A stretch of DNA of 64,000 nt, taken from contig JBFMHM010000002.1 in NCBI GenBank assembly GCA_040753015.1, positions 102,111 through 166,110 of the forward strand, read 5' to 3'. Position numbers and translations under genes: made by a program. The stretch comes from Candidatus Omnitrophota bacterium (GTDB taxonomy: Bacteria > Omnitrophota > Gorgyraeia > Gygaellales > JBFMHM01). Shown in pieces: positions 20,199 to 30,699 of the stretch (positions within the stretch are counted from its first letter, which is position 1; every line of letters starts with the position of its first letter). The notes beneath the pieces are model-generated. The model was not told the DNA's origin and did not search any database. It saw nothing but the letters and a program-made list of their open reading frames with translations.

Positions 20199-21873
20199 AA
20201 AGTTTCTCTTCTATTATACGTTTGTTATTATCTCGTTTTTTATTCTTTTTTACTACTTTATTGCTGAGAAGTGGAACTTTTGGCGGAATCTGATGCTCCC
20301 GCTGTTTCTCTAATTGTTTAATATGTTCTATTCTAAAATCATCGTCTTCTAATACATGGGTTGTAATAAAAATTAACAGGTCGACTTTTTCGGTATCGCT
20401 TGTTGTACGCCTAAAAACATTACCTACTAAAGGTAAATCTTTCAATAAAGGCACGCCTATAACTTCTTCGGTCTTAACATCTTTAAGCAAGCCCCCCATT
20501 ACAACGGTTTGGCCGTTTTCAATGAGCACCTGAGTTTGTGCCTCTCTAACATTGATAATCGGATATGTGTCAGAGCTAGTTATTGCCGTTGCTCCGGTAC
20601 CAATAACTGAAGTTGCGGTTACATTTGCTGTAGATGATGTAACACTTGGATGAATAATTAAATTCACAGATTTTCCATCTTCTGAAACTTGAGGAACTAC
20701 ATTAAGCCTTATACCAATTTCTTGATAATAATCTAGGGTCTTACTAAGCATTGGCCCGGTAGTTGTTGAACCTGCGGTCATTTCACTTTTTATAATCGGC
20801 CTATGCAACCCTACTAAAATTCCTGCCTCCTGATTATCTAATGTTAAAATGCTCGGGCTTGATAAGGTATTTGTATCTGCGTCTTCTTCTAAAGCATGAA
20901 GTATAACCTCAAGTTGAGCCCCTGTAAGTTTCTTTAGTATAAACTGTAAACCAGCATTATATGGATATGTGCCAAGTAATCCCGTTGACAATGGATTAAA
21001 TGCAGAAGGCGTAATCTGAGAAATCAATGACCTTCCTGACCCTTGCATATCATCCCTAAAACCTGCCCCTTTATTTATAGGAGTGAATTCAGGAGTTGTA
21101 TAGCTCTGGGCACCGGTTGATCCTGTTGAAAAATCAACGCCGATATCTTTTAAGGTATCCCTGTTAACCTCCATTATCCTAGCTTGAATTAAAACTTGTT
21201 TTGGTTTTTTATCGATTTCTGGCAAAATAACATTCCTAATTTTATCCAAAACAATCGCAGTATCTGTTATAATTAAAGTCTTTGATTTTATATCGCCGCC
21301 TTCTTTGCCTCCCGGCCCCTCAACCCTCTCCGGGGCTTCGGTTGATCCTTCTTTGCCTATTTTAAAAGTCCCAAATTTCCATCCTTTTTGACCCCTTACA
21401 TCAAGAACTGTTACATTCCCACGCGCTGAAAGCTGCGGCCTTATTGCATTTGCTGCATCGTGAGCATCAAGATACCTAAGATCAAATACTTCTGTTCTTA
21501 GCGGCTCCGACTCTTGCATTTTTAAAACATCCTCTAGCTTCATTACCATAATTACATTTTCCTGCTCAACATAACCATAATTATAAGTCTTTAAAATAAT
21601 ATCTAAAGCATTTTTCCATGGAGTATCTTCAATGCTAACAGAAATTTGCCCCATCACATCAGGCTTTGGTACAATATTTACACCAGCTTTTTCTGAAATT
21701 ATCTTAAGAACACTTCTAATATCTGCGTCTTTAAAATTTAAAGAAACATTGCCTGCTTTAGAAATAACATGTTCAGAACTCAAATCTTGAACCGGCACTT
21801 CTACGTCTTGTGCATAAACAAGGCTATTTGAAAAGAAAAAATAAATACACAATAATAGTTTCAAACCTTTCAT
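20194..21873 (-). CDS. pilQ: Type IV pilus secretin
   Basis: Signal peptide, SLNFKDADIRSVL, QVLIQARIMEV, secretin C-domain (GVPLLKDLPLVGNVF). Confidence 0.9.
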   Translation of the reverse strand: MKGLKLLLCIYFFFSNSLVYAQDVEVPVQDLSSEHVISKAGNVSLNFKDADIRSVLKIISEKAGVNIVPKPDVMGQISVSIEDTPWKNALDIILKTYNYGYVEQENVIMVMKLEDVLKMQESEPLRTEVFDLRYLDAHDAANAIRPQLSARGNVTVLDVRGQKGWKFGTFKIGKEGSTEAPERVEGPGGKEGGDIKSKTLIITDTAIVLDKIRNVILPEIDKKPKQVLIQARIMEVNRDTLKDIGVDFSTGSTGAQSYTTPEFTPINKGAGFRDDMQGSGRSLISQITPSAFNPLSTGLLGTYPYNAGLQFILKKLTGAQLEVILHALEEDADTNTLSSPSILTLDNQEAGILVGLHRPIIKSEMTAGSTTTGPMLSKTLDYYQEIGIRLNVVPQVSEDGKSVNLIIHPSVTSSTANVTATSVIGTGATAITSSDTYPIINVREAQTQVLIENGQTVVMGGLLKDVKTEEVIGVPLLKDLPLVGNVFRRTTSDTEKVDLLIFITTHVLEDDDFRIEHIKQLEKQREHQIPPKVPLLSNKVVKKNKKRDNNKRIIEEKLY

Positions 21874-22220
21874 TTATTAAGCTCCTTTTCTAACTGTAGC
21901 GTAATCTTTTCACTGCCTCTTATTAGAATAACCTCATTTTTCTTTATGTCAAATACTAAATAATCGTTAAAGGCTTGTCCCTTCTTCAAAACAATACCGT
22001 TGATAACCGCTAACGACTCGCCGCTCTTATCAAATACAATCCCTTCTAAATTCAGCACACTTGTTTCTTTCGGTTCAAGATCTATTATTTGTCCGGTTTC
22101 GGTAACAAGCGGCAAAAAAGGGTCTCTTTTATTTTTTGATTCATAAACAAATTTATTTTGTTCAGCAAATAAATTTAAAAAAATAAAAACAAATAATAAA
22201 TTTAATAAAAATATTTTCAT
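21870..22220 (-). CDS. PilP-like protein
   Basis: RDPFLPL motif, LEGIVFD, position between pilO and pilQ. Confidence 0.65.
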   Translation of the reverse strand: MKIFLLNLLFVFIFLNLFAEQNKFVYESKNKRDPFLPLVTETGQIIDLEPKETSVLNLEGIVFDKSGESLAVINGIVLKKGQAFNDYLVFDIKKNEVILIRGSEKITLQLEKELNK

Positions 22221-22786
22221 TATTTTACTATAAAAGCCCCTAGTGTTAAATGCACAACTTGGGTAGTATAAAGCTGCTTATCAAATTTTATATCAATAAA
22301 TAAAACCTTTAAGAATTGATCTAGGTTTTCTAGTTTATTTATAAACCTGCCCAATTGATGATAACCGCTATGTATATATATATTTATCATCACTGGATAA
22401 ATATCTCCCTTTGAATAGCCGCTGATCTTTTTTGCCTTTGGATCTTCTATAGGAGATATCTGGATTATTTTAACATCCTCCTCTCTACCAATCTTAGAAA
22501 TTTTTTCTACAAGAGTAAGCAGCTCATCTTCTTGTATAATTCTTTTGTCTAGACCGATTGATTTTTTATTTAAAATCTCAAAGCTTGCTTTTAATTGGTT
22601 TAAATTCTTTTTATCTTCCTCGAAAGCTTTTAAATCAGCCGATAATTTATTAATTTCTGGTGAAATTTTTTTTATTGTTAAGATTTGCGGTTTAATAATA
22701 AATAATATATCTATTGCCAAAACAGTAATTATAATTAATAAATAAATTATGATTTTTTTTTGTTTTAAAAAATCAAGCTTCATCAT
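22220..22786 (-). CDS. pilO: Type IV pilus assembly protein PilO
   Basis: TM + coiled coil + SGYHQLGRFINKLE; position in pilMNOPQ. Confidence 0.82.
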   Translation of the reverse strand: MMKLDFLKQKKIIIYLLIIITVLAIDILFIIKPQILTIKKISPEINKLSADLKAFEEDKKNLNQLKASFEILNKKSIGLDKRIIQEDELLTLVEKISKIGREEDVKIIQISPIEDPKAKKISGYSKGDIYPVMINIYIHSGYHQLGRFINKLENLDQFLKVLFIDIKFDKQLYTTQVVHLTLGAFIVK

Positions 22787-23343
22787 TTTATTTTAACCCT
22801 TAATATAAAATCAATTATATCGATACCTTGAAAATTTCTTTTTTTTGCATCTGCCAGCTCAAGCTTATCAGATACCTTAATATTTTTTTCATTCTTTAGA
22901 CTGGTTAAAAATTTATTGAGAAGCGACATCTCATCTTCTTTTAAGGAAACAACGCTTCCTTCAAGCTCAAATTCTGTTTCGTCTAATTTTAAGTGCCTAA
23001 ACCATATCCCGTTGGATAAATCCATGCTTAATCTATTTAACGCAAATGCTACTTCCATTCTATCTTTAGTAATATCTAAAATTTTACTGGTATCTGCCTG
23101 CAAGAGCTTAACTCTATTCTTGAGATCGCTGATTTCTTTTAGATCTTGTTCTATCTTAGGAACTATGGATTTAAGATTCCTAAATTTAATTTTTTTAAAA
23201 ATAAAAGTGCTCCCTATTAAAAGATGAATAAAGGCCAAAATAATTACTAAAGCAATAATAACATTATAATAAAAATCTTTATTAAATTCTGCATTAATGT
23301 TTTTTTTCTTTAGCTTTTCTGGCAATAAATTAATATCGATCAT
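22783..23343 (-). CDS. pilN: Type IV pilus assembly protein PilN
   Basis: N-terminal INLLP motif, TM, coiled coil. Confidence 0.85.
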   Translation of the reverse strand: MIDINLLPEKLKKKNINAEFNKDFYYNVIIALVIILAFIHLLIGSTFIFKKIKFRNLKSIVPKIEQDLKEISDLKNRVKLLQADTSKILDITKDRMEVAFALNRLSMDLSNGIWFRHLKLDETEFELEGSVVSLKEDEMSLLNKFLTSLKNEKNIKVSDKLELADAKKRNFQGIDIIDFILRVKIK

Positions 23344-24336
23344 CTATAAACCTCTTAAAGCAAGCCCAAGCGATATTAATAGAGAATTCTTATTGGAATT
23401 AAACTTTTCGCGATCAACGCCTTCTTTTAATTCTATATTATCTATATTTGGCCAAAATAATACCTGTATACCAAGATAATTCTGTAAAATACCTTCAATT
23501 CCCTTAAGATTCGCTCCTCCGCCTGAAATAAAAATCTTCTTTATCGAAAAGTGAGCCTGGCTTTCATAATAATCAAACGAAGCCCGTATCTCAGAACAAA
23601 AATTTTGCATAGTTTGTTCGATTGCCGGATTAACTTTTTCCATGCCCTCTTTAGTACTGCATTTTAATTCCTCTGCTTGCTCAATAGATAAATTTAATTT
23701 ATCAGAAATAGCCTGCGTAAAAATATTACCTCCGAATAACAAATCCCTAGTAAATTCCGGATTACCATTATCAATAATTACCAAGTTGCTAACCTGGGAG
23801 CCAATATTTAAAAGAGCGAATGGCTCTTTATTGATCTCTCTATTAAAAAAATTGAATGCGTTAATTAAACATACGGAATCCACATCAATAACCCCTAAGT
23901 TTAAACCAAGCTCCTGAATAAGCTTAATCTTTTCATCAATTAAAGCTTTTTTAGCAGCAACAACTAAAACGAGCATCTTCTTATCAGCAAGGTCTTTTAA
24001 AATAAAACTATCTAAATAAACTTCGCTAATAGGAAATGGAATATGTTTTTCTGCCTCGAAATAAAGTGAATTTTTAAGCTCGGTATTAGTTAACTTCGGA
24101 AAAGTCAGATAGCGGATTAAAACATTCGGCCCGCCAACAGAGAGATTCACTGATTCTTTAGTAATATTAAAATTTTTAATCTGCGCCTTCAATGATTCAA
24201 AATTATTTGACTTGTTCTTTTCAATTATAAAACTATTGAGCGATATATTGCCAGAAATTCTCTCTAATGAAGTTAGTTTTATTGTATGATTACCAATATC
24301 CAATCCAAAAGTCTTTTTTGTTTTTTTAAATAACAT
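23344..24336 (-). CDS. pilM: Type IV pilus assembly protein PilM
   Basis: GLDIG, EAEKHIPF, LNIGS, SGGGA, LGLALR (actin-like fold). Confidence 0.92.
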   Translation of the reverse strand: MLFKKTKKTFGLDIGNHTIKLTSLERISGNISLNSFIIEKNKSNNFESLKAQIKNFNITKESVNLSVGGPNVLIRYLTFPKLTNTELKNSLYFEAEKHIPFPISEVYLDSFILKDLADKKMLVLVVAAKKALIDEKIKLIQELGLNLGVIDVDSVCLINAFNFFNREINKEPFALLNIGSQVSNLVIIDNGNPEFTRDLLFGGNIFTQAISDKLNLSIEQAEELKCSTKEGMEKVNPAIEQTMQNFCSEIRASFDYYESQAHFSIKKIFISGGGANLKGIEGILQNYLGIQVLFWPNIDNIELKEGVDREKFNSNKNSLLISLGLALRGL

Positions 24337-24341
24337 ATAAA

Positions 24342-24566
24342 TTAAATAATAAGTGGCTCTTCTTGTTGTTCATCTGTACCTTTATCTTCTTTTTCTATAT
24401 TCTCTATATTAAATATTGGCTGTGCTGGCTGTTCGTCAACCTTAATACTTTCTTGTATTTGCTCGGGAATTTTTTTAGCTTCATTATTAATGTGATTTAT
24501 CCAAAATATAAAAACTAAAATAATTATAAAAAAGATAATAAATATATATAATAATTTCGACTTCAT
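24342..24566 (-). CDS. Small single-TM protein (~74 aa)
   Basis: Likely start MKSKLLYIF at 24566 overlapping the upstream stop (ATGA); hydrophobic N-terminus, acidic tail. Confidence 0.6.
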   Translation of the reverse strand: MKSKLLYIFIIFFIIILVFIFWINHINNEAKKIPEQIQESIKVDEQPAQPIFNIENIEKEDKGTDEQQEEPLII

Positions 24567-26251
24567 TCTAAAACTCCTTCCTTCCAGGTAAGCAAGGCAC
24601 TTGGCCAAGTAGGTGTTGAAATATAATTACTTAAAGTAGGAAAATATGGCGGCGCATAACCCTCGAGCATTCTTTGATCATATATGAATTTTCTTCCATA
24701 GCCTGAGCGCAGATCACTTCCGCTAAAAGTTCCAAAAGCGCCATAAAAATCTGTGATTGCTCCACCTAGCAATGTAACATTGCCTGACGGCGACCTTGAA
24801 TCATAATTATCAACTGTAAATACGCCATGAACTGACATTATAACAGCATGTATATCTAAATTACTCGGGGCATCTGCCCCAATTCTAACATCACCGCCCC
24901 ATGATAAAAGACCTAAAAGATTTTCGTAACCAGTTGCATTAACTGGCGGGCCTGCATTATATTGTTCATAGCGTATATGATTATTAATCACTATATCTCT
25001 CTCGCTAGAGATTGTAACTTGGGAACAATTCTGGACCATACCGCTCACACCTCTGATATTTCCTTTTCCGTAAATTATTACACCTGCATCACCTACGCCA
25101 TCAGGAATACCTTGATAAGTATTTGAGTTCTCTCCTTCTCTTACAGTTGTTTGGTTATTTGCATAATCAACAATTATCTCCTTTGTCGTTGAACCTTGAG
25201 TAATCGCATATCTTGCATTACCACCAACGACAGACATTATTAAACTATCTGCATCGCCTCTTATATAAACACCGCCTGTCACATTAGCGCCATCGTTAGG
25301 CACATAAATTCCATCTTGCCCCGGCTCATTCATATCGCCAAGAGCCTGTACTCTTAAATCATTAGAAGTTACCACTGATTCTAAATTTATCAACGGCACA
25401 TCTCTTAAAAAATTAACGCCTTGCCCAAATTGAGGCACATCACGAGGAGGATTACTGCTAGCATCTAAAAAAATAGATCTGCCATTATTATAATAACGAG
25501 TTGTTTTCATTTTTTGAGATACTTCTATACCAGTATCAGACAACTTATCAAACCGGCCGCTTGGATTACCTGCAAAACTAAAACGCTCATTTGTGTGAAC
25601 TGGGCCATAAAATTGAGTTTTATCTGTAAACCAAACAGTAGTTCCGTTCTCCATCATATGATGAAAAGTAAAAAGTGCATACCTTGCAAAATTTCCACGC
25701 TGCACCCTAACAGAAAATTCACCATTTAAAAAAGAAACCTGCCTCGTAATATTAGGAGTAACAGCATTAATTAAACCTGTGCCTGTAATTCTAAATTTAT
25801 AAGGGAAGTTGTATACTTCTCCCTGTTTTGTAGGGATGCCGTTTGGACTGATAAAAATTGTCCCTGAATAAGTACCCCTAACATCGCTCCCCAAGCCAAT
25901 CGCTGTTAAACTAACTTGAGCCTCATTATTAATAATACTAAATTGCGGCTGGCCATCTTCATAAGCATAATCTGCCAAAAATCCTAAAGAATTATTAAGA
26001 TATTCATCAAAAGCATTATTTCTTGAAACTTTATTAAGCTGAATATTTAAATCTGAATTAATCCTTTTTCGCAGCTCTGATAAACCATGGTTAATTCCTG
26101 CTTCGGCTAGGTAAAGAGATTGATTAGCATATTTTGATGTATCGCTTGCTCTTTTTTCTGAAACAGTACTTGAGAAAAAAACTGCCGTTAAAATTAATAA
26201 TACCGATAAAACAAGCGCTGTTGCAACAAGTATAATCCCGCGTTTTTGCAT
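24563..26251 (-). CDS. PilX-like minor pilin with large C-terminal domain (DUF4900-like)
   Basis: RGIILV prepilin-like N-terminus, LYLAEAGI PilX motif, GPVHTN, YDQRM..PPYFP. Confidence 0.75.
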   Translation of the reverse strand: MQKRGIILVATALVLSVLLILTAVFFSSTVSEKRASDTSKYANQSLYLAEAGINHGLSELRKRINSDLNIQLNKVSRNNAFDEYLNNSLGFLADYAYEDGQPQFSIINNEAQVSLTAIGLGSDVRGTYSGTIFISPNGIPTKQGEVYNFPYKFRITGTGLINAVTPNITRQVSFLNGEFSVRVQRGNFARYALFTFHHMMENGTTVWFTDKTQFYGPVHTNERFSFAGNPSGRFDKLSDTGIEVSQKMKTTRYYNNGRSIFLDASSNPPRDVPQFGQGVNFLRDVPLINLESVVTSNDLRVQALGDMNEPGQDGIYVPNDGANVTGGVYIRGDADSLIMSVVGGNARYAITQGSTTKEIIVDYANNQTTVREGENSNTYQGIPDGVGDAGVIIYGKGNIRGVSGMVQNCSQVTISSERDIVINNHIRYEQYNAGPPVNATGYENLLGLLSWGGDVRIGADAPSNLDIHAVIMSVHGVFTVDNYDSRSPSGNVTLLGGAITDFYGAFGTFSGSDLRSGYGRKFIYDQRMLEGYAPPYFPTLSNYISTPTWPSALLTWKEGVLE

Positions 26252-26841
26252 TAGAATTCCCCCTCTTCACCAGCAATCTCTTCTACTGGCACATCATTAA
26301 TAACTACTGAATTATTGCGTAAAGATATTTGTGAACTCAAAACAAAAGTATCCTGATTTATTATAACCGGTATTCTAACCAATATTTCTGAACGCGATCC
26401 ATTTAAAAATTGGAAAAATGGTTTTTCAGATGCAACATTATTTATCACAGCGTCAGTTAGCGGAATTTGGCCACCGGCGCCTGCAATTCTGAATAATTGT
26501 TTGCCATCCTGTCCTGCACAGTAAATTCTCTCTTCCTGAAGACCTATGATCTCACCAGAAATATCAAAAATAGGCACATAAAATCTTATTGCATCTCCTG
26601 CTGCATTAATTTCTATCTCGTAATTAACACCATCAACTTGCCACATTGGCGCTGATTCACGCAGCTGCAAAGCAATAAAATCCATTGCCTTTCTTGCCTC
26701 TTGCTGAGTCTCTAATTTAAGCCTACCAATCCGCCAAGATTGATTTGAATAATATATAATACTTAATGTTAAACCGAAAATAAAAGAAAAAACAGCAACT
26801 ACAACTAAAATTTCGACTAATGTATACGCCCTGTTTTTCAT
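26251..26841 (-). CDS. Minor pilin (PilW-like)
   Basis: AYTLVEILVV class III signal. Confidence 0.8.
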   Translation of the reverse strand: MKNRAYTLVEILVVVAVFSFIFGLTLSIIYYSNQSWRIGRLKLETQQEARKAMDFIALQLRESAPMWQVDGVNYEIEINAAGDAIRFYVPIFDISGEIIGLQEERIYCAGQDGKQLFRIAGAGGQIPLTDAVINNVASEKPFFQFLNGSRSEILVRIPVIINQDTFVLSSQISLRNNSVVINDVPVEEIAGEEGEF

Positions 26842-27300
26842 TTATCTCGACACCAAAGAAACAACTTCTATGGGAGAATCAAGACGGTTATTTGCATTTA
26901 AATCTTCGCCTGCGTCAAATAACCCATTTAGATTAATATCTTCGCCAATAAGCCTGTTTTGAGACTGCCTAAAAGAAACTATTATTCTTATTTCACGAAG
27001 ATCTGTATAGCCAGCTATATCCGTAACTTCAACCCTCCCTTTTGCCCTGCCCAAGGTAAAACCCGTCACATCAAAAACTTCGCCATTATGATTTAATAAA
27101 TTATCAAATGTTTCCTGTTTTAATTCTTCCATTTTTGTCCTAGCGCCGCTTAAAGCAATTGTTGTGTTTCTAGATGTTTCATTTAATATAAAACAACCAA
27201 TATATGTAACAAGTAAACCACATAAACAAAAAACTAATATTCCTGCGGCTACTAAAACTTCAATTAAAGTAAAACCAGAATTAATTTTTTTAATTTTCAT
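26842..27300 (-). CDS. Minor pilin (PilV-like)
   Basis: GFTLIEVLVA; C-terminal GEDxNxNxxxD repeats. Confidence 0.8.
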   Translation of the reverse strand: MKIKKINSGFTLIEVLVAAGILVFCLCGLLVTYIGCFILNETSRNTTIALSGARTKMEELKQETFDNLLNHNGEVFDVTGFTLGRAKGRVEVTDIAGYTDLREIRIIVSFRQSQNRLIGEDINLNGLFDAGEDLNANNRLDSPIEVVSLVSR

Positions 27301-27302
27301 AA

Positions 27303-27737
27303 CTATGAAAATATTGGGTCTGCCGCACTTGCAGGCCCACCTTCTTTAAACCGGACAATACCGCTTTGATCCATAAAAAAATAACGCGGATTACCAACAT
27401 TATTAATAGGATTCGCATTAATTATAAAACCACTATCTGTTTGAGAATAAAAAAAATTATAATTTTGCCTTCTTCCGGAAGCTAATTCAGTATCAATATA
27501 AGGCGGGGTTGAATTAGGAGGAATTAAATCTGCTAGGCCGCCGGGATATGCTTGATTATTGTTTAAAAATAATTGGCAGGCATTGTTAATTGCGCGCAAT
27601 CCGCTAACAGCCATTCCTTCGCTAGCTGTTGTGCGAGAACGCAATAGATTCGGAATCCCTATAGAAAGAATGACAAGAAGTATAGCAACAACAACCATCA
27701 TTTCAACTAAAGTAAACCCGAATCTTTGTTTATTCAT
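27303..27737 (-). CDS. Type IV pilin
   Basis: GFTLVEMMVVVAI..IPNLLRSR. Confidence 0.88.
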   Translation of the reverse strand: MNKQRFGFTLVEMMVVVAILLVILSIGIPNLLRSRTTASEGMAVSGLRAINNACQLFLNNNQAYPGGLADLIPPNSTPPYIDTELASGRRQNYNFFYSQTDSGFIINANPINNVGNPRYFFMDQSGIVRFKEGGPASAADPIFS

Positions 27738-27781
27738 TTAAATTTTTTATAATTTATAATAACAAATTTAATCTTAAATTA

Positions 27782-27809
27782 ATTTTACTATTTAGGTTAT
27801 AAAAGTCAA
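27782..27809 (-). promoter_or_regulatory. Sigma70-type promoter for the minor pilin/pilMNOPQ unit
   Basis: TTGACT-N16-TAAAAT immediately after the pilA terminator. Confidence 0.5.
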
Positions 27810-27821
27810 GTAAAAGATACT

Positions 27822-27859
27822 AAAAAATACCCCGATACAAAAATTGTATCGGGGTATTT
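27822..27859 (-). terminator. Rho-independent terminator after the major pilin
   Basis: Long perfect stem AAATACCCCGATACAA / TTGTATCGGGGTATTT with a short loop, followed by a T-run on the minus strand. Confidence 0.85.
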
Positions 27860-27879
27860 GTGTGTGCTAGAACTATAAA

Positions 27880-28287
27880 TTATGCGCAAGCTGCTGAGGT
27901 TAACACGCCGCCAGTAGTAATAGTATAAGTATTATTTCCTGTGGTACCGCAAGTTACCGGAGTTGCTGTCACTGTATAACCTGCTGCTGCTGTATTAACA
28001 GCAAAATTATAGCCTTGAAGGGCTATACCATTATAACCTCTGTTTAGATACGGAGGATTTGCACCAGTCAAAGCAGCCTCGTTTGCAGGATAGTTACCAT
28101 TATTTGCTGCTGCAAATGTCTCACATGCAGTTGAAATTGTACGCAAGGTTGCTTGTGCATTTGATTCATTAGCTGTTAATCTCGCACGAAGTAAGTTTGG
28201 AATTGCAATTGCTGCCAAAAGCGCAATAATAGCAACTACTATCATAATTTCGACGAGAGTGAAACCTTTTCTATTCTTTATAAACAT
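27880..28287 (-). CDS. pilA: Major type IV pilin
   Basis: Start revised to ATG 28287 after AAAGGAGG; KGFTLVEIMIVVAIIALLAAIAIP; two C-terminal Cys; own promoter and terminator. Confidence 0.88.
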   Translation of the reverse strand: MFIKNRKGFTLVEIMIVVAIIALLAAIAIPNLLRARLTANESNAQATLRTISTACETFAAANNGNYPANEAALTGANPPYLNRGYNGIALQGYNFAVNTAAAGYTVTATPVTCGTTGNNTYTITTGGVLTSAACA

Positions 28288-28383
28288 ATAGATAACGCCT
28301 CCTTTCTTAGGTATAATTAATCCCAAGCTTCTTTAAAAAATAAAATGAAACCAATAAAAAAGCCCTGATTACCTAATGTCTTA

Positions 28384-28412
28384 ATTATATTTTAAATTAT
28401 TAAAAAAGTCAA
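28384..28412 (-). promoter_or_regulatory. Sigma70-type promoter of the major pilin
   Basis: TTGACT-N17-TATAAT. Confidence 0.7.
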
Positions 28413-28420
28413 TGTTTTAT

Positions 28421-29617
28421 TTAAGCGCTTATTAAAGAAGTTATTTTAAAAATCGGTAAAAATAAAGCAACAACTATCCCTCCAATTACAGTTCCTAAAA
28501 AAACAATTACAAGCGGCTCAATCATATTTGATAGATTGGCCAACGTAATATCGACTTGTTCTTCGTAAAAATCTGCGATCTTGCCAAGCATTTTTTCGAG
28601 TTCGCCTGTCTGTTCTCCTACAGAGATCATCCTTGTAACCATCGGCGGAAAAATACGGCTTTCCATAAGAGGTTTTGCAATCGGTTCCCCCTCTTTAATA
28701 GATACCCTACTTTTTTCTATCGCCTCTTCAACAATTTTATTGCCTGAAGTTTTTGAAACTATTTCAAGGGCTGTTAAAATTGGAACGCCGCTTTTTACTA
28801 AAGTAGAAAATGTACGGCTGAATTTTGCAACAGCCATATTACGAAATAACGGACCAAAGATGGGAGCTTTTAAAATAATCTTATGAAAATTATATTTACC
28901 TTTTTCAGTATTAACATACTTTTTAAATAAAAAAGCGCTAATTATCAAAATGATCACTGTTAATAAAAAATTATACCTTAGTAAATCACTCGCGGCAATT
29001 AAAATTTTTGTTGGCATAGGCAATGTTCCTCCTAGCATCTCAAAAATCCCTTTAAATGTCGGAACAACCTTAATTAAAAGAAAAGAAGTAATACCAATAG
29101 CTATAATTATAACTAAAACTGGATAAACTAAGGCAGACTTCACTTTTCTGATGAATGAAGCGGTTTTTTCTAAATAAGTTGCGAGCCTTTCTAAAACAGC
29201 ATTCAGCATACCTGATGCCTCGCCCGCTTTTGCCATATTAACAAAAAGTTCGCTAAAGATTGCGGGATGTTTTTTTAATGCATCACAAAAATTTATTCCT
29301 TGTTCAATATCCTGTTTTATTTTTAAAATTATACTGGCAAGATATTTATTATCTGTTTGTTCGGATAGAATAAGAAGAGCCTGGACTAATGGTATTCCGC
29401 TATCGACTAAAGTTGCAAGCTGCCTTGCAAAACCAGCTAGCTGATCAAGTTTAATTGTTTTCTTTGCAACTAATTTAGATTTTTCTTCAATTAAAGAAAT
29501 TATCGTGAGGTCTTTTTTGTGAAGAATCGCTTGGGCTTCCTTTGTATCTAAAGCTTCTAATGCCCCCTTAAGAGTATCGCCATTAATATTTTTTACGGTG
29601 TATTTGAAATTCGCCAT
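28421..29617 (-). CDS. pilC: Type IV pilus platform protein PilC/GspF
   Basis: RQLATLVDSGIPL, AGEASG, VGEQTGEL, IEPL. Confidence 0.94.
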   Translation of the reverse strand: MANFKYTVKNINGDTLKGALEALDTKEAQAILHKKDLTIISLIEEKSKLVAKKTIKLDQLAGFARQLATLVDSGIPLVQALLILSEQTDNKYLASIILKIKQDIEQGINFCDALKKHPAIFSELFVNMAKAGEASGMLNAVLERLATYLEKTASFIRKVKSALVYPVLVIIIAIGITSFLLIKVVPTFKGIFEMLGGTLPMPTKILIAASDLLRYNFLLTVIILIISAFLFKKYVNTEKGKYNFHKIILKAPIFGPLFRNMAVAKFSRTFSTLVKSGVPILTALEIVSKTSGNKIVEEAIEKSRVSIKEGEPIAKPLMESRIFPPMVTRMISVGEQTGELEKMLGKIADFYEEQVDITLANLSNMIEPLVIVFLGTVIGGIVVALFLPIFKITSLISA

Positions 29618-29618
29618 A

Positions 29619-30686
29619 TTATACCTTGTCTAATACCTTTAAAAAAACTTCAACAATTTTAGGATCAAATTGGCTCCCGGAATTCCTCTTGATTTCTTCT
29701 ATTGCCTCTTGTTTAGATAAAGGCGTCTTCCTATAAGATCTAGCAGAAGTCATTGCATCATAGCTATCAGCAACACAAATTATTCTAGCTCCTAAAGGAA
29801 TCTGTTCTCCTTTTAGCCCATCTGGATAGCCCTTACCATCAAAACGCTCATGATGATGTTTTATCAACCCGATTGTATTATCTAAAAAGGTTAATGGTTC
29901 TAAAATTTGAACTGCTTTAATTGTATGCAATTCTACCTCGCGCCTTTCTTCTTTGGTTAATTTACCAGGCTTACTTAAAATATAGTCTGATATGCCTATT
30001 TTACCCAAATCATGAAGTTGGCAAGCTTCTTTGATTATCTCAATTTCTTTCGCCGGTAGATTCAATTCTTCTGCAATTAATAATGCATACTTAGACACCT
30101 TCTCAGAATGGCTTGAAGTAAAATGATCCCTTGCTTCAATAGCCTGCGCAAAAGCATTAACAGTACGTAGGTATGTCTGCCTTAAATCATCATATAACCG
30201 GCTTAGATTTTTTGTCGAATCTTCGATCCTTTTCGCAAGCAGTATATTTTGTTTTTGCAAAGACATATTTTGTTCAGATAAAGCCCTGTCAGCCTTATGC
30301 GAATGCACAGTTATATTCCTTGCTTCAATTGCTTTTTTAATAATAAAAACTAAATGGTTAAAATCAACAGGGAGATTTAAATAATCATAAATTTCTGCTC
30401 TATAAATTTCCGAAAAGACATCCGGGCTTAAATTTTCAACCAAAGCAATAATAATACTATCTGGATCTACTTCTTTTATCGCTCTAACCATATCAATGCC
30501 GGTAAGTTCTTCCGTGCTCCATTGAATAATAATGACATCAAAAGAAATTTTACGTATTAGATTAATTCCTGACCAAAAATGATTTTCGCTTTTAATTTGG
30601 CAATTCAAAATCATTAAAGCTTGTTTTATTGTCTTTACGATTGTTTCATCTTTATTAATAATCAAAATGTTAATATTTTCGTTCAC
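29619..30686 (-). CDS. Atypical receiver domain + HD-GYP cyclic dinucleotide phosphodiesterase
   Basis: HSEKV, LHDLGK, HHERFDGKGYPDGL, VADSYDAM; receiver lacks the canonical Asp residues. Confidence 0.88.
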   Translation of the reverse strand: MNENINILIINKDETIVKTIKQALMILNCQIKSENHFWSGINLIRKISFDVIIIQWSTEELTGIDMVRAIKEVDPDSIIIALVENLSPDVFSEIYRAEIYDYLNLPVDFNHLVFIIKKAIEARNITVHSHKADRALSEQNMSLQKQNILLAKRIEDSTKNLSRLYDDLRQTYLRTVNAFAQAIEARDHFTSSHSEKVSKYALLIAEELNLPAKEIEIIKEACQLHDLGKIGISDYILSKPGKLTKEERREVELHTIKAVQILEPLTFLDNTIGLIKHHHERFDGKGYPDGLKGEQIPLGARIICVADSYDAMTSARSYRKTPLSKQEAIEEIKRNSGSQFDPKIVEVFLKVLDKV

Positions 30687-30699
30687 AATGTTATCCTTT

